Positions 1-55,637 of a stretch of DNA of 64,000 nt are shown here, in pieces. Both the position numbers and the translations under genes were made by a program. The stretch lies in the NCBI RefSeq assembly GCF_031769215.1, contig NW_026781877.1, positions 186,001-250,000 on the forward strand. The letters run 5' to 3'. Positions within the stretch are counted from its first letter, which is position 1. Every line of letters starts with the position of its first letter. Below the pieces are notes generated by a model. That model did no database searches and was not told where the DNA came from. It saw nothing but the letters and a program-made list of their open reading frames with translations. This DNA comes from Ylistrum balloti (lineage: Eukaryota).

Positions 1-1255
1 TAACTTGTCAGGTTACAGGTTTGTCTGGTATAACTTGTCAGGTTACAGGTTTGTCTGGTATAACTTGTCAGGTTACAGGTGTGTTTGGTATAACTTGTCA
101 GGTTACAGGTTTGTCTGGTATAACTTGTCAGGTTACAGGTTTGTCTGGTATAACTTGTCAGGTTACAGGTGTGTTTGGTATAACTTGTCAGATTACAGGT
201 GTGTTTGGTATAACTTGTCAGGTTACAGGTTTGTCTGGTATAACTTGTCAGGTTACAGGTGTGTTTGGTATAACTTGTCAGATTACAGGTTTGTCTGGTA
301 TAACTTGTCAGGTTACAGGTGTGTTTGGTATAACTTGTCAGGTTACAGGTTTGTCTGGTATAACTTGTCAGGTTACAGGTGTGTTTGGTATAACTTGTCA
401 GATTACAGGTTTGTCTGGTATAACTTGTCAGGTTACAGGTGTGTTTGGTATAACTTGTCAGGTTACAGGTTTGTCTGGTATAACTTGTCAGGTTACAGGT
501 GTGTTTGGTATAACTTGTCAGGTTACAGGTGTGTTTGGTATAACTTGTCAGGTTACAGGTGTGTTTGGTATAACTTGTCAGGTTACAGGTGTGTTTGGTA
601 TAACTTGTCAGGTTACAGGTTTGTCTGGTATAACTTGTCAGGTTACAGGTTTGTCTGGTATAACTTGTCAGGTTACAGGTGTGTTTGGTATAACTTGTCA
701 GGTTACAGGTGTGTTTGGTATAACTTGTCAGGTTACAGGTTTGTCTGGTATAACTTGTCAGGTTACAGGTGTGTCTGGTATAACTTGTCAGGTTACAGGT
801 TTGTCTGGTATAACTTGTCAGGTTACAGGTGTGTTTGGTATAACTTGTCAGATTACAGGTTTGTCTGGTATAACTTGTCAGGTTACAGGTTTGTTTGGTA
901 TAACTTGTCAGATTACAGGTTTGTCTGGTATAACTTGTCAGGTTACAGGTGTGTCTGGTATAACTTGTCAGATTACAGGTGTGTTTGGTATAACTTGTCA
1001 GATTACAGGTTTGTCTGGTATAACTTGTCAGATTACAGGTGTGTCTGGTATAACTTGTCAGGTTACAGGTGTGTTTGGTATAACTTGTATAACTTGTCAG
1101 GTTACAGGTGTGTTTGGTATAACTTGTCAGGTTACAGGTGTGTCTGGTATAACTTGTCAGATTACAGGTGTGTTTGGTATAACTTGTCAGGTTACAGGTG
1201 TGTTTGGTATAACTTGTCAGATTACAGGTTTGTCTGTAACTTGTCAGGATTACAG
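1..1255. repeat. 30-bp minisatellite, about 42 copies (TAACTTGTCAGGTTACAGGTTTGTCTGGTA); extends beyond the window start
   Basis: Read directly; variants GTTTGT/GTGTGT and GGTT/GATT. Confidence 0.98.
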
Positions 1256-1265
1256 GTGTGTCAGT

Positions 1266-4200
1266 TAGATATATTGTATTCTGACAGGTATTTGTACTGC
1301 TCTGTTACAGATACATTGTATTCTGACAGGTATTTGTACACCACTGTTACAGATACATTGTATTCTGACAGGTATTTCTAGTCCTCTGTTACAGATATAT
1401 TGTATTCTGACAGGTATTTGTACTGCTCTGTTACAGATATATTGTATTCTGACAGGTATTTGTACTCCTCTGTTACAGATACATTGTATTCTGACAGGTA
1501 TTTGTACACCACTGTTACAGACACATTGTATTCTGACAGGTATTTGTACACCACTGTTACAGATACATTGTATTCTGACAGGTGTTTGTACTCCTCTGTT
1601 ACAGATGCATTGTATTCTGACAGGTATTTGTACACCACTGTTACAGACACATTGTATTCTGACAGGTATTTGTACTCCTCTGTTACAGATACATTGTATT
1701 CTGACAGGTGACAGGTATTTGTACACCACTGTTACAGACACATTGTATTCTGACAGGTATTTGTACTCCTCTGTTACAGATATATTGTATTCTGACAGGT
1801 ATTTGTACTCCTCTGTTACAGATATATTGTATTCGGATAGGTATTTGTACTCCTCTGTTACAGATACATTGTATTCTGACAGGTATTTGTACACCACTGT
1901 TACAGATATATTGTATTCAGACAGGTATTTGTACTCCTCTGTTACAGATACATTGTATTCTGACAGGTATTTGTACACCACTGTTACAGATATATTGTAT
2001 TCTGACAGGTATTTGTACTCCTCTGTTACAGATAAATTGTATTCTGACAGGTATTTGTACTGCTCTGTTACAGATACATTGTATTCTGACAGGTATTTGT
2101 ACACCACTGTTACAGATATATTGTATTTGGACAGGTATTTGTACTCCTCTGTTACAGATACATTGTATTCTGACAGGTATTTGTACACCACTGTTACAGA
2201 TATATTGTATTCTGACAGGTATTTGTACTCCTCTGTTACAGATACATTGTATTCTGACAGGTGTTTGTACACCACTGTTACAGACACATTGTATTCTGAC
2301 AGGTATTTGTACTGCTCTGTTACAGATATATTGTATTCTGACAGGTATTTGTACTGCTCTGTTACAGATACATTGTATTCTGACAGGTATTTGTACACCA
2401 CTGTTACAGATATATTGTATTCGGACAGGTATTTGTACTCCTCTGTTACAGATACATTGTATTCTGACAGGTATTTGTACACCACTGTTACAGATATATT
2501 GTATTCGGACAGGTATTTGTACACCACTGTTACAGATACATTGTATTCTGACAGGTATTTGTACTCCTCTGTTACAGATACATTGTATTGGTGTTTGTAC
2601 ACCAATGTTACAGATACATTGTATTCTGACAGGTATTTGTACACCACTGTTACAGACACATTGTATTCTGACAGGTATTTGTACTCCTGTTACAGATATA
2701 TTGTATTCTGACAGGTATTTGTACACCACTGTTACAGATACATTGTATTCTGACAGGTATTTGTACACCACTGTTACAGACACATTGTATTCTGACAGGT
2801 ATTTGTACACCACTGTTACAGATACATTGTATTCTGACAGGTGTTTGTACTCCTCTGTTACAGATGCATTGTATTCTGACAGGTATTTGTACACCACTGT
2901 TACAGATACATTGTATTCTGACAGGTATTTGTACACCACTGTTACAGATATATTGTATTCGGACAGGTATTTGTACTCCTCTGTTACAGATACATTGTAT
3001 TCTGACAGGTATTTGTACACCACTGTTACAGATATATTGTATTCTGACAGGTATTTGTACTCCTCTGTTACAGATATATTGTATTCGGATAGGTATTTGT
3101 ACTCCTCTGTTACAGATACATTGTATTCTGACAGGTATTTGTACACCACTGTTACAGATATATTGTATTCAGACAGGTATTTGTACTCCTCTGTTACAGA
3201 TACATTGTATTCTGACAGGTATTTGTACACCACTGTTACAGATATATTGTATTCTGACAGGTATTTGTACTCCTCTGTTACAGATATATTGTATTCTGAC
3301 AGGTATTTGTACTCCTCTGTTACAGATATATTGTATTCTGACAGGTATTTGTACTGCTCTGTTACAGATACATTGTATTCTGACAGGTATTTGTACACCA
3401 CTGTTACAGATATATTGTATTTGGACAGGTATTTGTACTCCTCTGTTACAGATACATTGTATTCTGACAGGTATTTGTACACCACTGTTACAGATACATT
3501 GTATTCTGACAGGTATTTGTACTCCTCTGTTACAGATACATTGTATTGGTGTTTGTACACCAATGTTACAGATACATTGTATTCTGACAGGTATTTGTAC
3601 ACCACTGTTACAGACACATTGTATTCTGACAGGTATTTGTACTCCTGTTACAGATATATTGTATTCTGACAGGTATTTGTACACCACTGTTACAGATACA
3701 TTGTATTCTGACAGGTATTTGTACACCACTGTTACAGACACATTGTATTCTGACAGGTATTTGTACACCACTGTTACAGATACATTGTATTCTGACAGGT
3801 GTTTGTACTCCTCTGTTACAGATGCATTGTATTCTGACAGGTATTTGTACACCACTGTTACAGATACATTGTATTCTGACAGGTATTTGTACACCACTGT
3901 TACAGATATATTGTATTCGGACAGGTATTTGTACTCCTCTGTTACAGATACATTGTATTCTGACAGGTATTTGTACACCACTGTTACAGATATATTGTAT
4001 TCGGACAGGTATTTGTACACCACTGTTACAGATACATTGTATTCTGACAGGTATTTGTACTCCTCTGTTACAGATACATTGTATTGGTGTTTGTACACCA
4101 ATGTTACAGATACATTGTATTCTGACAGGTATTTGTACACCACTGTTACAGATACATTGTATTCTGACAGGTATTTGTACACCACTGTTACAGACACATT

Positions 4201-4664
4201 GTATTCTGACAGGTATTTGTACACCACTGTTACAGATACATTGTATTCTGACAGGTGTTTGTACTCCTCTGTTACAGATGCATTGTATTCTGACAGGTAT
4301 TTGTACACCACTGTTACAGATATATTGTATTCGGACAGGTATTTGTACTCCCCTGTTACAGATATATTGTATTCTGACAGGTATTTGTACTGCTCTGTTA
4401 CAGATACATTGTATTCTGACAGGTATTTGTACACCACTGTTACAGATACATTGTATTCTGACAGGTATTTGTACTGCTCTGTTACAGATATATTGTATTC
4501 TGACAGGTATTTGTACACCACTGTTACAGATACATTGTATTCTGACAGGTATTTGTACACCACTGTTACAGATACATTGTATTCTGACAGGTATTTGTAC
4601 TGCTCTGTTACAGATATATTGTATTCTGACAGGTATTTGTACTCCTCTGTTACAGATATATTGT
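1266..4664. repeat. 42-bp minisatellite, about 80 copies (ACAGATACATTGTATTCTGACAGGTATTTGTACACCACTGTT), with higher-order blocks
   Basis: Read directly; the last unit runs into the ELP2 exon at 4656. Confidence 0.98.
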
Positions 4665-5114
4665 TGCTGTGGGATTAGAGAGTGGCTCCATACAGCTGTA
4701 CACTTGGAACATCGCAGATGACAACAGTGCCTCAGTATGGAAGAAGTTCGATCAGCTGTATCCTTTTTCAGACGGTGCTTATTTTAGGAAATTTGAACTT
4801 TCTTGTCCATTGATAAAATCATCTATTTCATATTATCTGATCTGGAGTTCTGCTTATAATCTTTTGAGAAGTGATTTTACATAATTGAACAATTACGTAA
4901 GACAGCACAAAATACTTCTTATGGGACTATTTTCACTAAAGGTTTTCTTTAACACACATTTAGAAATTTCCATCACTTGACAGTTAAGAGACTTAAGTTT
5001 CGCCCATGCTTGGGTCGAGCAGGTACTGATGAGGATGAAGCCTGGCTTCAACTGGCCAGCTGTGGGGCAGATCACGCAGTCCGTATATATGATATAGACT
5101 TAACAAAAGTTTGA
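4656..5114 (+). CDS. ELP2: Elongator complex protein 2 (WD40), last two coding exons: 4656-4757 and 4964-5114 (stop TGA 5112-5114); upstream exons lie before the window
   Basis: The spliced translation (R)[83 protein letters not shown] resembles the ELP2 C-terminus as I recall it (YVVAVGLECGKICLYTW...SHTLAIRKLCW...WLHFASCGEDHTVKI). Exon phases join in frame. Confidence 0.85.
4758..4963 (+). other. U12-type (minor spliceosome) GT-AG intron, 206 bp, in ELP2
   Basis: 5' splice site GTATCCTTT at 4758; branch-point-like TTTCTTTAAC at about 4944-4953, 10 nt before the terminal AG (4962-4963); removing it restores the reading frame. Confidence 0.8.
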
Positions 5115-6079
5115 TTGTGGATGTATCTTAACCCTAGATTACCCACGAAGGGCTGTCAGTACAATATAGATATACTAAAAGTCTGAATTTCAACCTTCAG
5201 CATAGAGCTTGGCTCAACACCAGTTACAGATATCAGTGCCATCAGAGATAATGTCATTTTAATCTGTCTATTATCATGCAACGTTTATCCTAGCCATGTC
5301 TGAAATACTATTTCTGTGGTGATGAAATAAGGAGTTCTTTCAACCTTACAGGGATTACTTTAGCAGTATTTGTTTTATACAATAATATACAACAATGTGC
5401 AATAACAACCCTTGTGCCCATCAAACTGCTGTGATTCCTACTGAATGTACTCACTTGGTACCACTTTTCATGTCTAAAACTTCATCATTACATAGAGAAA
5501 CTTTTATTATGCAAAGGTACCTGGGACATTCTCAAACTTTGTCAGGGCTTTTGCAATGAAAGTGTTTGCTAAGCTTAATTTACATGTCCATGTACAGCTT
5601 CACACAGCCCTCCAATACTAAGTCTGAAGGTGATACATCAGTGTGACCACCTGGTAATATTGGTAGAAATTCTTCTGTTGATTACACTTCATTCATCATT
5701 TGGTAACCATATGTAAATGGTACTTGTGAAGATTTTATCAGCTTAATCAGAAGTTCCATAAGGCCACTTACATTTTATCACAAATAATATCAGCAATTTC
5801 CCTGGGAATTTTAGACCAGACATGAAGTTTTATGTGGTCACCTGCAACAAGTCTTCAGCCAGAAAGTGCACATTTCTCAGCCAGTTAGCCACACAGATGA
5901 AACATCTAATGTCTATTTGAAACAAATAAATCTGTGATATGCTAAAGATGAACTTGTCTCATTGATGTTTTTAGAGATCTTGTGTAAAAGGTGCCAGTAT
6001 AGAAACAAAAACGGGTTCATGTATGGTGTCTCAACTTTGGTTGCGGATGGGGTTTTGTCAAAACAGTACATCTGAAACC

Positions 6080-6348
6080 CTTATCCCACACACCCTTGGG
6101 GCAAAGAGGAAATATGGCAAAATTGTTAACATTGTTACATCTACATTTTCAAAAGGAATGATTGGATTTTGTCCAAAATTAATCTAAAGCATACTTGGGT
6201 GAATTGGGTGGAGGAAATTTTGTATAACTGTTATATCTAATGCCCCTTGGGCCAAAACCTAAAAAGGGAAATAGATATAGATCTTTAATGAATATACTTT
6301 TCCTTTACTAAACCAGGTGAGTGATACAGGCCTTGTGGCCCTTTTGTC
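6080..6348 (+). mobile_element. 3' fragment of a HINE/Helentron-like element
   Basis: Ends CAGGTGAGTGATACAGGCCTTGTGGCCCTTTTGT (subTIR + GGCC hairpin + T-rich end); the 5' boundary is uncertain. Confidence 0.5.
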
Positions 6349-8599
6349 GATTAATGCCTTAATGGAACTTGAGATGTTAAACACAGGTCTTCAAGTATAT
6401 TTTAATGCTCACTAGAAAAGAATGTCCTTAATATCTGAAATGGTCAGTTCTGGTCTGACTGGTCAAGTCATTTAGACAGTGTTATGGGTCACTGATTAGC
6501 TTATATAGTTCAAGTGGTAGGAATTTATGTCATGTTGTTTGACAATGACCATTGTGACTTAGCACTGCCGAAGGAGTGACCACAAAATATTGTCTATAAA
6601 AAGTCTGTTCAATGTCTGACCATCAGAATTATCAAATACATAAAACAAAACAATAAATTAACTCAATTAAAATAATTTATTCCTGTCCAGAACATACAAT
6701 AAATTTTGACTCGACAGGATACATTTGCAGTTCAGCGTACAATGAATGGACTTATTTAAAAAAAAAAAAAAAATTACAACACATAATGTATATATGTTTA
6801 CATATATTGCATAAAGAGCTTGCTATTTGCATCATGACTTTTAAGTATTAAAATGTAAAACTTCAGATAAGTATGAAAGATTTAATACATAATTATATTA
6901 AAGAATTAATATATTAATGGAAAGTTCTAAATATACAAGAGTGAAAATTTAGTGTTAACAAAACACAAACAACATAGGGATTAGGTATTCTGGGTTCATC
7001 TATGTAAGGTTTACATACAAAAAGTTACAGAAGTCCTCAGATACGAAAAGTTGAGGTGACAAAGGAATGCTTAACTACAACTATAAGAGGAAGACATCTG
7101 GCTAAAAGCAGAGACTACAACCTATAGATTTTTAGACAACACTAAGTACTGGCCTACATCACCTGGATGTCATTTTTCTCTTGAATTAACTATTTCAATA
7201 GCAGTTTTTGAGACAAATTCTACATTATCAACTATATCACTAAATTTGCCAGGATTTTATTGTAAAATAATTTGAGGAACATACTGAAACGGTTTTGTCT
7301 TCATCCATTTAAAGATGACATGCCTTTATAAATATCTGACTTGACTATCTGAACCATACGATACCAATTGAGAGTAAACATACACTATGTTATCTGTTAA
7401 CTATTGCCTGGTATAGAACGGACGGAAAAAGCAATGCTATGCTAGTAAATCTGTAGGATATACATTTTACCTTATATCAAGCAAAACAACGGTGTGGATA
7501 AGACTGGAAATGTTAGTAGCTTATGCAATTAATATATTTACATGCCATTTTAAAATTTCTCAACCGACAAAGTTTATAATAGATGATTCACATATCTTAT
7601 AGCTGACATAATGAGATTAGTATGATCACAACTGATGTAGGAAATTTATGACAATTGAAAGATCTAGATTAATTATCTAATAATTGAGATTTATTTAATT
7701 TTAATATCAACTGACATACGAAGATTTAATAAGACAATTGACATGTTGATTTACAATTGACATAGAATTACTTTAGTAACTTACCTATCGAGATTCACTA
7801 TGTCATATTGATTAACTTTGACTACTGACAAGATTTAATAAGACAACTGTCAAACTGATTTATGTTGACAATTGACAATGGCTTACTCTCACAATTGACA
7901 TGTTGAGATTTACTATGACGTATTGGTTTACTTTGACCGTTGACTATGATTTACTCTAACAATTGACATTGAGATTTTATGACAATTGACATGTTAAGAT
8001 TAACTTTGACAAATGACATAATGAGATTGTATTGGACAGTGACATAGTATTAATTTTTTTTTACCTGTTTTGAGAATGAACAAAGAAGTCATGGACAACC
8101 AAATAATGGACCTTTGAAGGAAATGGAAAGGCAGAAGTAAATTACAACACACTCAATAGTTAATAGACATTCACATATCAGTGTACACACCAAGTGTATA
8201 CCTACAGGATATACACAGCAATAATCCTGAGCTCGTCCTAAAGAGGAAAGAATACAATAATTAATAAATTTATAGTTCATGCCTAGCATGTTATAGACAA
8301 CTCCCAATATATACATATACTGGCATCACAAACCTACATACAACAATACTCCAATATATATACAGTCTCTACAGACCTACATAACTTAAGACACAAAGAT
8401 GTATACACCTAACTGTACAATTAATCACCAACCACTGGTATCAACTAGCTTCTTATTCATACCCAAAACTGGCTTTGGTTTCCCAGGGCAGGAAATTTTG
8501 GCAAGAATATCTGTGGTGTAATGATCATGATAAATGAAATGGTAGAAACCAACAGCCATGATAAAAGATTTTTGTGTGAAAGTTTGAGCACATCAGGTT

Positions 8600-8784
8600 A
8601 GGTTATATTGCTTAACATTCTAGTTACAGCCTGGGTTATTTGAGGACATGCCAGGTTTGGATGGTAGAGGAAAGCCAGAATTCCCAACCACTGATCTGTG
8701 GCCAGAACCTGGTGACTGCCTCACGTAGGTCTCTACCCGCGACTAAGAGGTGGAGGTCTAGTGTCTTAACACCTTGACCACCAC
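8600..8784 (-). mobile_element. tRNA-derived SINE, degenerate
   Basis: Minus strand begins GTGGTCAAGGTGTTAAGACAC (A-box-like)...GCGGGTAGAGACC (B-box-like); the tail region resembles that of the SINE at 38.6 kb. Confidence 0.55.
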
Positions 8785-11700
8785 ATCAGTAAAAGGATGG
8801 TTTTGTAATGGTGGTATATGATATTCTTATAAAATGACATTTCCCTGGATATTGTTATTTGTGTTTTTTTTTTAATGAATATTAAGCCTACTGTCATTGA
8901 TTTAAATTAGTTAACATACATTACAATACTGACTTTGTTTTGATACACTTAATATTTCCAAGCACAACTTTCTCTTTACAAATAACAAGAACACTACACA
9001 ATTAGAATCGTTATAACCTGCCGAAATTCAGCAGGAAATGACTTGACACACGACAGTGCATGATTCTTCATCAGTGATACTACAAATTTAAATACTGTTG
9101 ATGTACTCAGCACATCCTTTTTAACCCATTAATGACAAACTGGCTCACCTACAATATCCTGAAATAGACACAATACACAGAAACTACAATGATATAGTTA
9201 AGAGTTATTTCATGTTTATCATTATGTTGTATAAATCACCAAATTTAGCCGTATATAATCACTAAAGCTTCACTTACTGTCTCTCACCATCATGATGAAG
9301 GTTAAAGTATCTTTTATAAGAATTAACTGTAACAGGACCCAAATTTTCATCCAATCAAAAGTCTCTATTTGGCAGCCATTTTAGTGACAATATTATTTTC
9401 TACCATCGTAGAGAGTGTCCTCAAGTTCCCAATCCCACCAATTCTCATCTTGAAACACAGAACAGAAGTCATAGATATTAGCTAAAAAGAAACCAGAAAA
9501 TGGTGGCCATCTTGCTAAAAAATTTACAATCCCTTTGAAGTTCCAAGTTACAGTTTAGGAGAACAGTGTCAGAAACAGCAGAAAATGAAGAAAAATTATA
9601 ACATTAAGATTTGGGATAAAATCAATAAGTTCTCAAACTTTGTTTAGGGGACTTAATCAAACAATGGACCATATAATCATTCAATTAAACCTTAATGTTT
9701 TGAAACACTCCCCCCCCCACCCTTTGTTGCTAGGCAACATCTGTCCACATCTCTAAAGACTTAATTTCTGATGTAAGAAATATTGTTCTATATGCCTGCT
9801 TTGAGATTTTGTTACCATGGGAAAATTACGACTACATAATCCTTAAATCTATATCATTCTTAAAAGCAGAGTCAAAACAGCTAGAACACTTAGCATGCAG
9901 CTCCAATGACAATACAGTTGGCAAAACTGATAAAAACAAGTTTTGGTTGACAGTCAAATAATGACTGAGATAAGAAAATATCAAATTAGCAAAATAATAC
10001 AAATTCAAATGACTTCTTAATCTCATACTGACAGGAACCAGGAGATTCTTTTGATTGTAACATTCGCTTTACACAACAAAATAATTTGTCAAATATATGA
10101 AAAAGAAAAGCCAAACCATGCGGGTTTGAGAGTAATCACACATTTTACATATAAAACAATGGTATAGCAGGATGACACATGGACACTTGGATGATGAAAT
10201 ATATCAATTCAATTTTCTTATTTAGGTTGTGACTTTGACAATATCATGACATCGCTACCCTCAACATTTATCTTATGGCATGGATTTTGTGTATAATGAA
10301 AAAATAATGAAAATATATAATTTAAAACAAGAAGTCAACTTGAATGTCATATAGCAGAGAAAATTAATCTTTAATTCCATAACAAAATGTGTTGTCATTT
10401 TTGTAGAAATCAAGTTTTACACTACATGGATACTGCAGAGAATCTATTCCGACACCATACATGATTGGCACAGGTTTTTAATGTTAGTGGTCAACATGAA
10501 GTGGAGAAGATTTAGGATGTCAGTGAACAGATTATGCTATCAGTGTATTCGACCTTCTAAATGTACCCCTAACTAAGAATAAATACAGCTTATACTTACT
10601 ATTCATTGTTTAGTTCAAATTGAGTTTTCAGCAAAGTTTCATATCTTAGTCCATTTCCCTGTTAACTGTTTCATCAAGAATATCCTTGTGTTTTTGTAAA
10701 CGCATAGTTGACTAATAAGACTGAATATGCTAACAATTTATTGTATGAAATGTGATTAAATAAAACAACATGAGGACCATGATTACTGTGTAACATTTCA
10801 CTAGGTTACCAACATAAACAATCAATATCATGCCCTTTATAAACAACTCTCGTTCTTCTATCTAATAAATAACATTACATAAGTATATGGATGCTCAACA
10901 CCTCTCTCCTTTTGAGTAAGTAGGGTTTCACGTTCAACACCTCTCTCCTACTGAGTAAGGTGGGTAAGTTTTGAGGTCACTTGAAGCTCCAACACATTCA
11001 GGGTTGTTTCACAATTTACATCCAGATTAAGAGTCAGACAAAATCATGATTACAATAAAAAAAATTCTTTAGATTCATAACATGTAAAGAGCTTAGGGTA
11101 TAATATCTCACAAACCTTTAGGTAATTCAAACCTACAATGCCCAACAAGAATACTCAAGTGGTCCCAATTAGATCTGGGTCTGCATTTAATATTGGCAAG
11201 GGTGAAAAGTTGGTATACTTTATTCATTACTACGATAAAAATCTTCTGACAATTTCAACATGAGAACAAATTTTTTTATTATGCCAGATTTAAAAAGTGA
11301 ACGGGGTAAAAAAAGCAATGTTAATATCCACCACGCAAGGATTTTGAATTATTTAATTTCAGTATCCTTCACCAGGCAGAACTTGTACATGTGCCAATAT
11401 CAAAACAGTGTGTAAATCTGTGGCATTTTTATGATGTATTTTAGATATGTATTGTTAAATATTAAAAGCCAAACAACACTACACATCATAACACACATTC
11501 ACAAATCATCTGATATTGGTTTTGAGCGAGATTCTGTGTTTATTTGACTGAAGTGACTAAGCACTATGTGTATGGATTTCAAGGTAGAAACCAAGCATGC
11601 TGCTATCAAAGACATTAAACTGGGAACAGCTTCTTATAACAATAATTATGCCATTCATAAATTGCACAGGATACTAGTACCATTGTTTATAAACAATAAG

Positions 11701-11921
11701 ACCAGTATGGTTTCATTGACAGCCATGCTCCTGCAGACTTCTTTTGATGTTGGGTACCTAATAATCAATCCTGATCTCTGAAACTTTCCTCTCTCTTCAG
11801 CAACTCATTTCAACCCAAATTCTGAAGGGACCAAATGGCAGATTGCTTATCAGAGATGAAACACAATCTATGTTCTCCAAGTGCTTCTTCGATATGTTTT
11901 TGGGCAAACATGGTGAGCAAA

Positions 11922-54242
<42,321 letters not shown>

Positions 54243-55501
54243 GTTCCTAAATGAGTTCAATCCGAACTCCTGTTTAATGTCCTGTAAGTTATATCTTATA
54301 CCATTGCAGTGCCATAATTGTAGAGAGCTTTGATGTCAACAGGAAAGCTTACATATCAACCCATCATGTCTTGTTGCTCAGCTCCTATTAAGAGACTGCA
54401 GCACTGAAATATGAAATATCGTTTCATTTTTACATATTTTCAAGATTCATTTGGATAATCATAGTAAACATATCACTCAAATTCAATTCACTCTGAACAA
54501 CACTAGAAATTAACAATAAAAACAAATAAATGAAATTTCAAAAATAGGTCAGTTTGATTAAAGCAAGCTTGTCAAATATATTTCCTACTGCCATTTCCTG
54601 TTTAGGAAGGTGACTCAGATTTGCAATCACCTTATAATTAAAAAAGATCATTTAGATCAAGTTCATATCAGGATGATCTACATCTTTTCATGAAAATATG
54701 CAATTCTTTGAAATTATTGGGAGGCTTAAAACTGCTTGCAAACCAAAAATATGTTCAGAGACCTTACATACATTGATCAATATACAAGATATTTATTCAT
54801 TCAAAAAGTAATACTTTTAGCCCTAGATCTCTTTTCCAGTCAATCATCGACTTCCAAGATTCCCTTTCCAAAACATCGCTATCTGGTCCATCATTCCAGC
54901 ATCTTTATTAGTAGTGATATGATTTTTTAATATAATATAATTATAGTGCCTTCATATTTCACTAAATTTACAAGGTTTCTCATATTTGGGTAACTAATGG
55001 AATAATTGTTACATTAGATTATACATTTTTCCAGGCTATTAAAATAAAGTGGGAAATATCTGTCTTTGTAAACAGATAGTCTCCCTAAAACAAGAGGCAG
55101 TTTCCTAAGTGAAAGATTAACAAGATGGTTGACCCAAAACTTCGTTTTTAATCAAACCAGTAAAAGTAACCTGATGAAGAATATTGCGTTTCATAGCTCA
55201 CCTCGATTCACTTTCACATCAGACTCCAGCATGTCTTTTAGTTTTTAAATCGACATAATTTTATCATTATGGAGATATATCTTAATTGATTTGTCATGAT
55301 TATGATTGGTTGTCAAATTGCTGTCGATCAAAACCTAATGAGATATCTGCGGAAATACGCAACATTAGGAAGTCAACCGTATACAGCAAATTTACAGGAT
55401 TGTATCATAATATAAGCAGCTGTAATCTTATTTCATAGAAGCATGCATCAGACTTAATATTAACTCTTAAACCTCGCACAATTAATTTGTATAACGCTTA
55501 C

Positions 55502-55570
55502 ATCTTCAGCCAACATCCTCCATCCTCTTCCTTGCTTCCATGATGGGTGATGGTTCATGGGTAATATGTA
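55502..55570 (-). other. Probable non-coding first exon of HECW (3' end at 55502; 5' end not determinable)
   Basis: Donor GAT|GTAAGC at 55501 and a downstream acceptor atttcag at 54404; located in the CpG-enriched island shared with BARD1. Confidence 0.45.
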
Positions 55571-55573
55571 AGC

Positions 55574-55602
55574 TATTTCCGGAGGTGTGTATTGGCGGGA
55601 AA
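55574..55602. promoter_or_regulatory. E2F consensus site (TTGGCGGGAAA = TTTCCCGCCAA, 55592-55602) with an adjacent ETS-like core (TTTCCGG, about 55576-55582) upstream of the BARD1 ATG
   Basis: Exact TTTSSCGC match 36 nt upstream of the BARD1 start codon, in a locally CpG-rich island between divergent genes. BARD1 is an E2F target in mammals. Confidence 0.55.
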
Positions 55603-55637
55603 CTGAAAATCAGCTGGAAGGGATTGTAAACACGAAA

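Noticed and set aside
5-4721. Long ORFs (299-653 aa) on both strands over the 30-bp and 42-bp arrays
   Set aside because: The unit lengths are multiples of 3 and lack stops in several frames. The peptides are pure repeat translations lying in an ELP2 intron.
6758-6773. Poly(A) run suggesting a retrocopy or gene end
   Set aside because: No adjacent processed coding sequence or TSD was recognised; consistent with an ordinary homopolymer.
9335-9760. Probable interspersed repeat with GGCAGCCATTTT and AAAATGGTGGCCATCTTG motifs
   Set aside because: It looks repetitive, but its ends and class could not be defined from the sequence alone.
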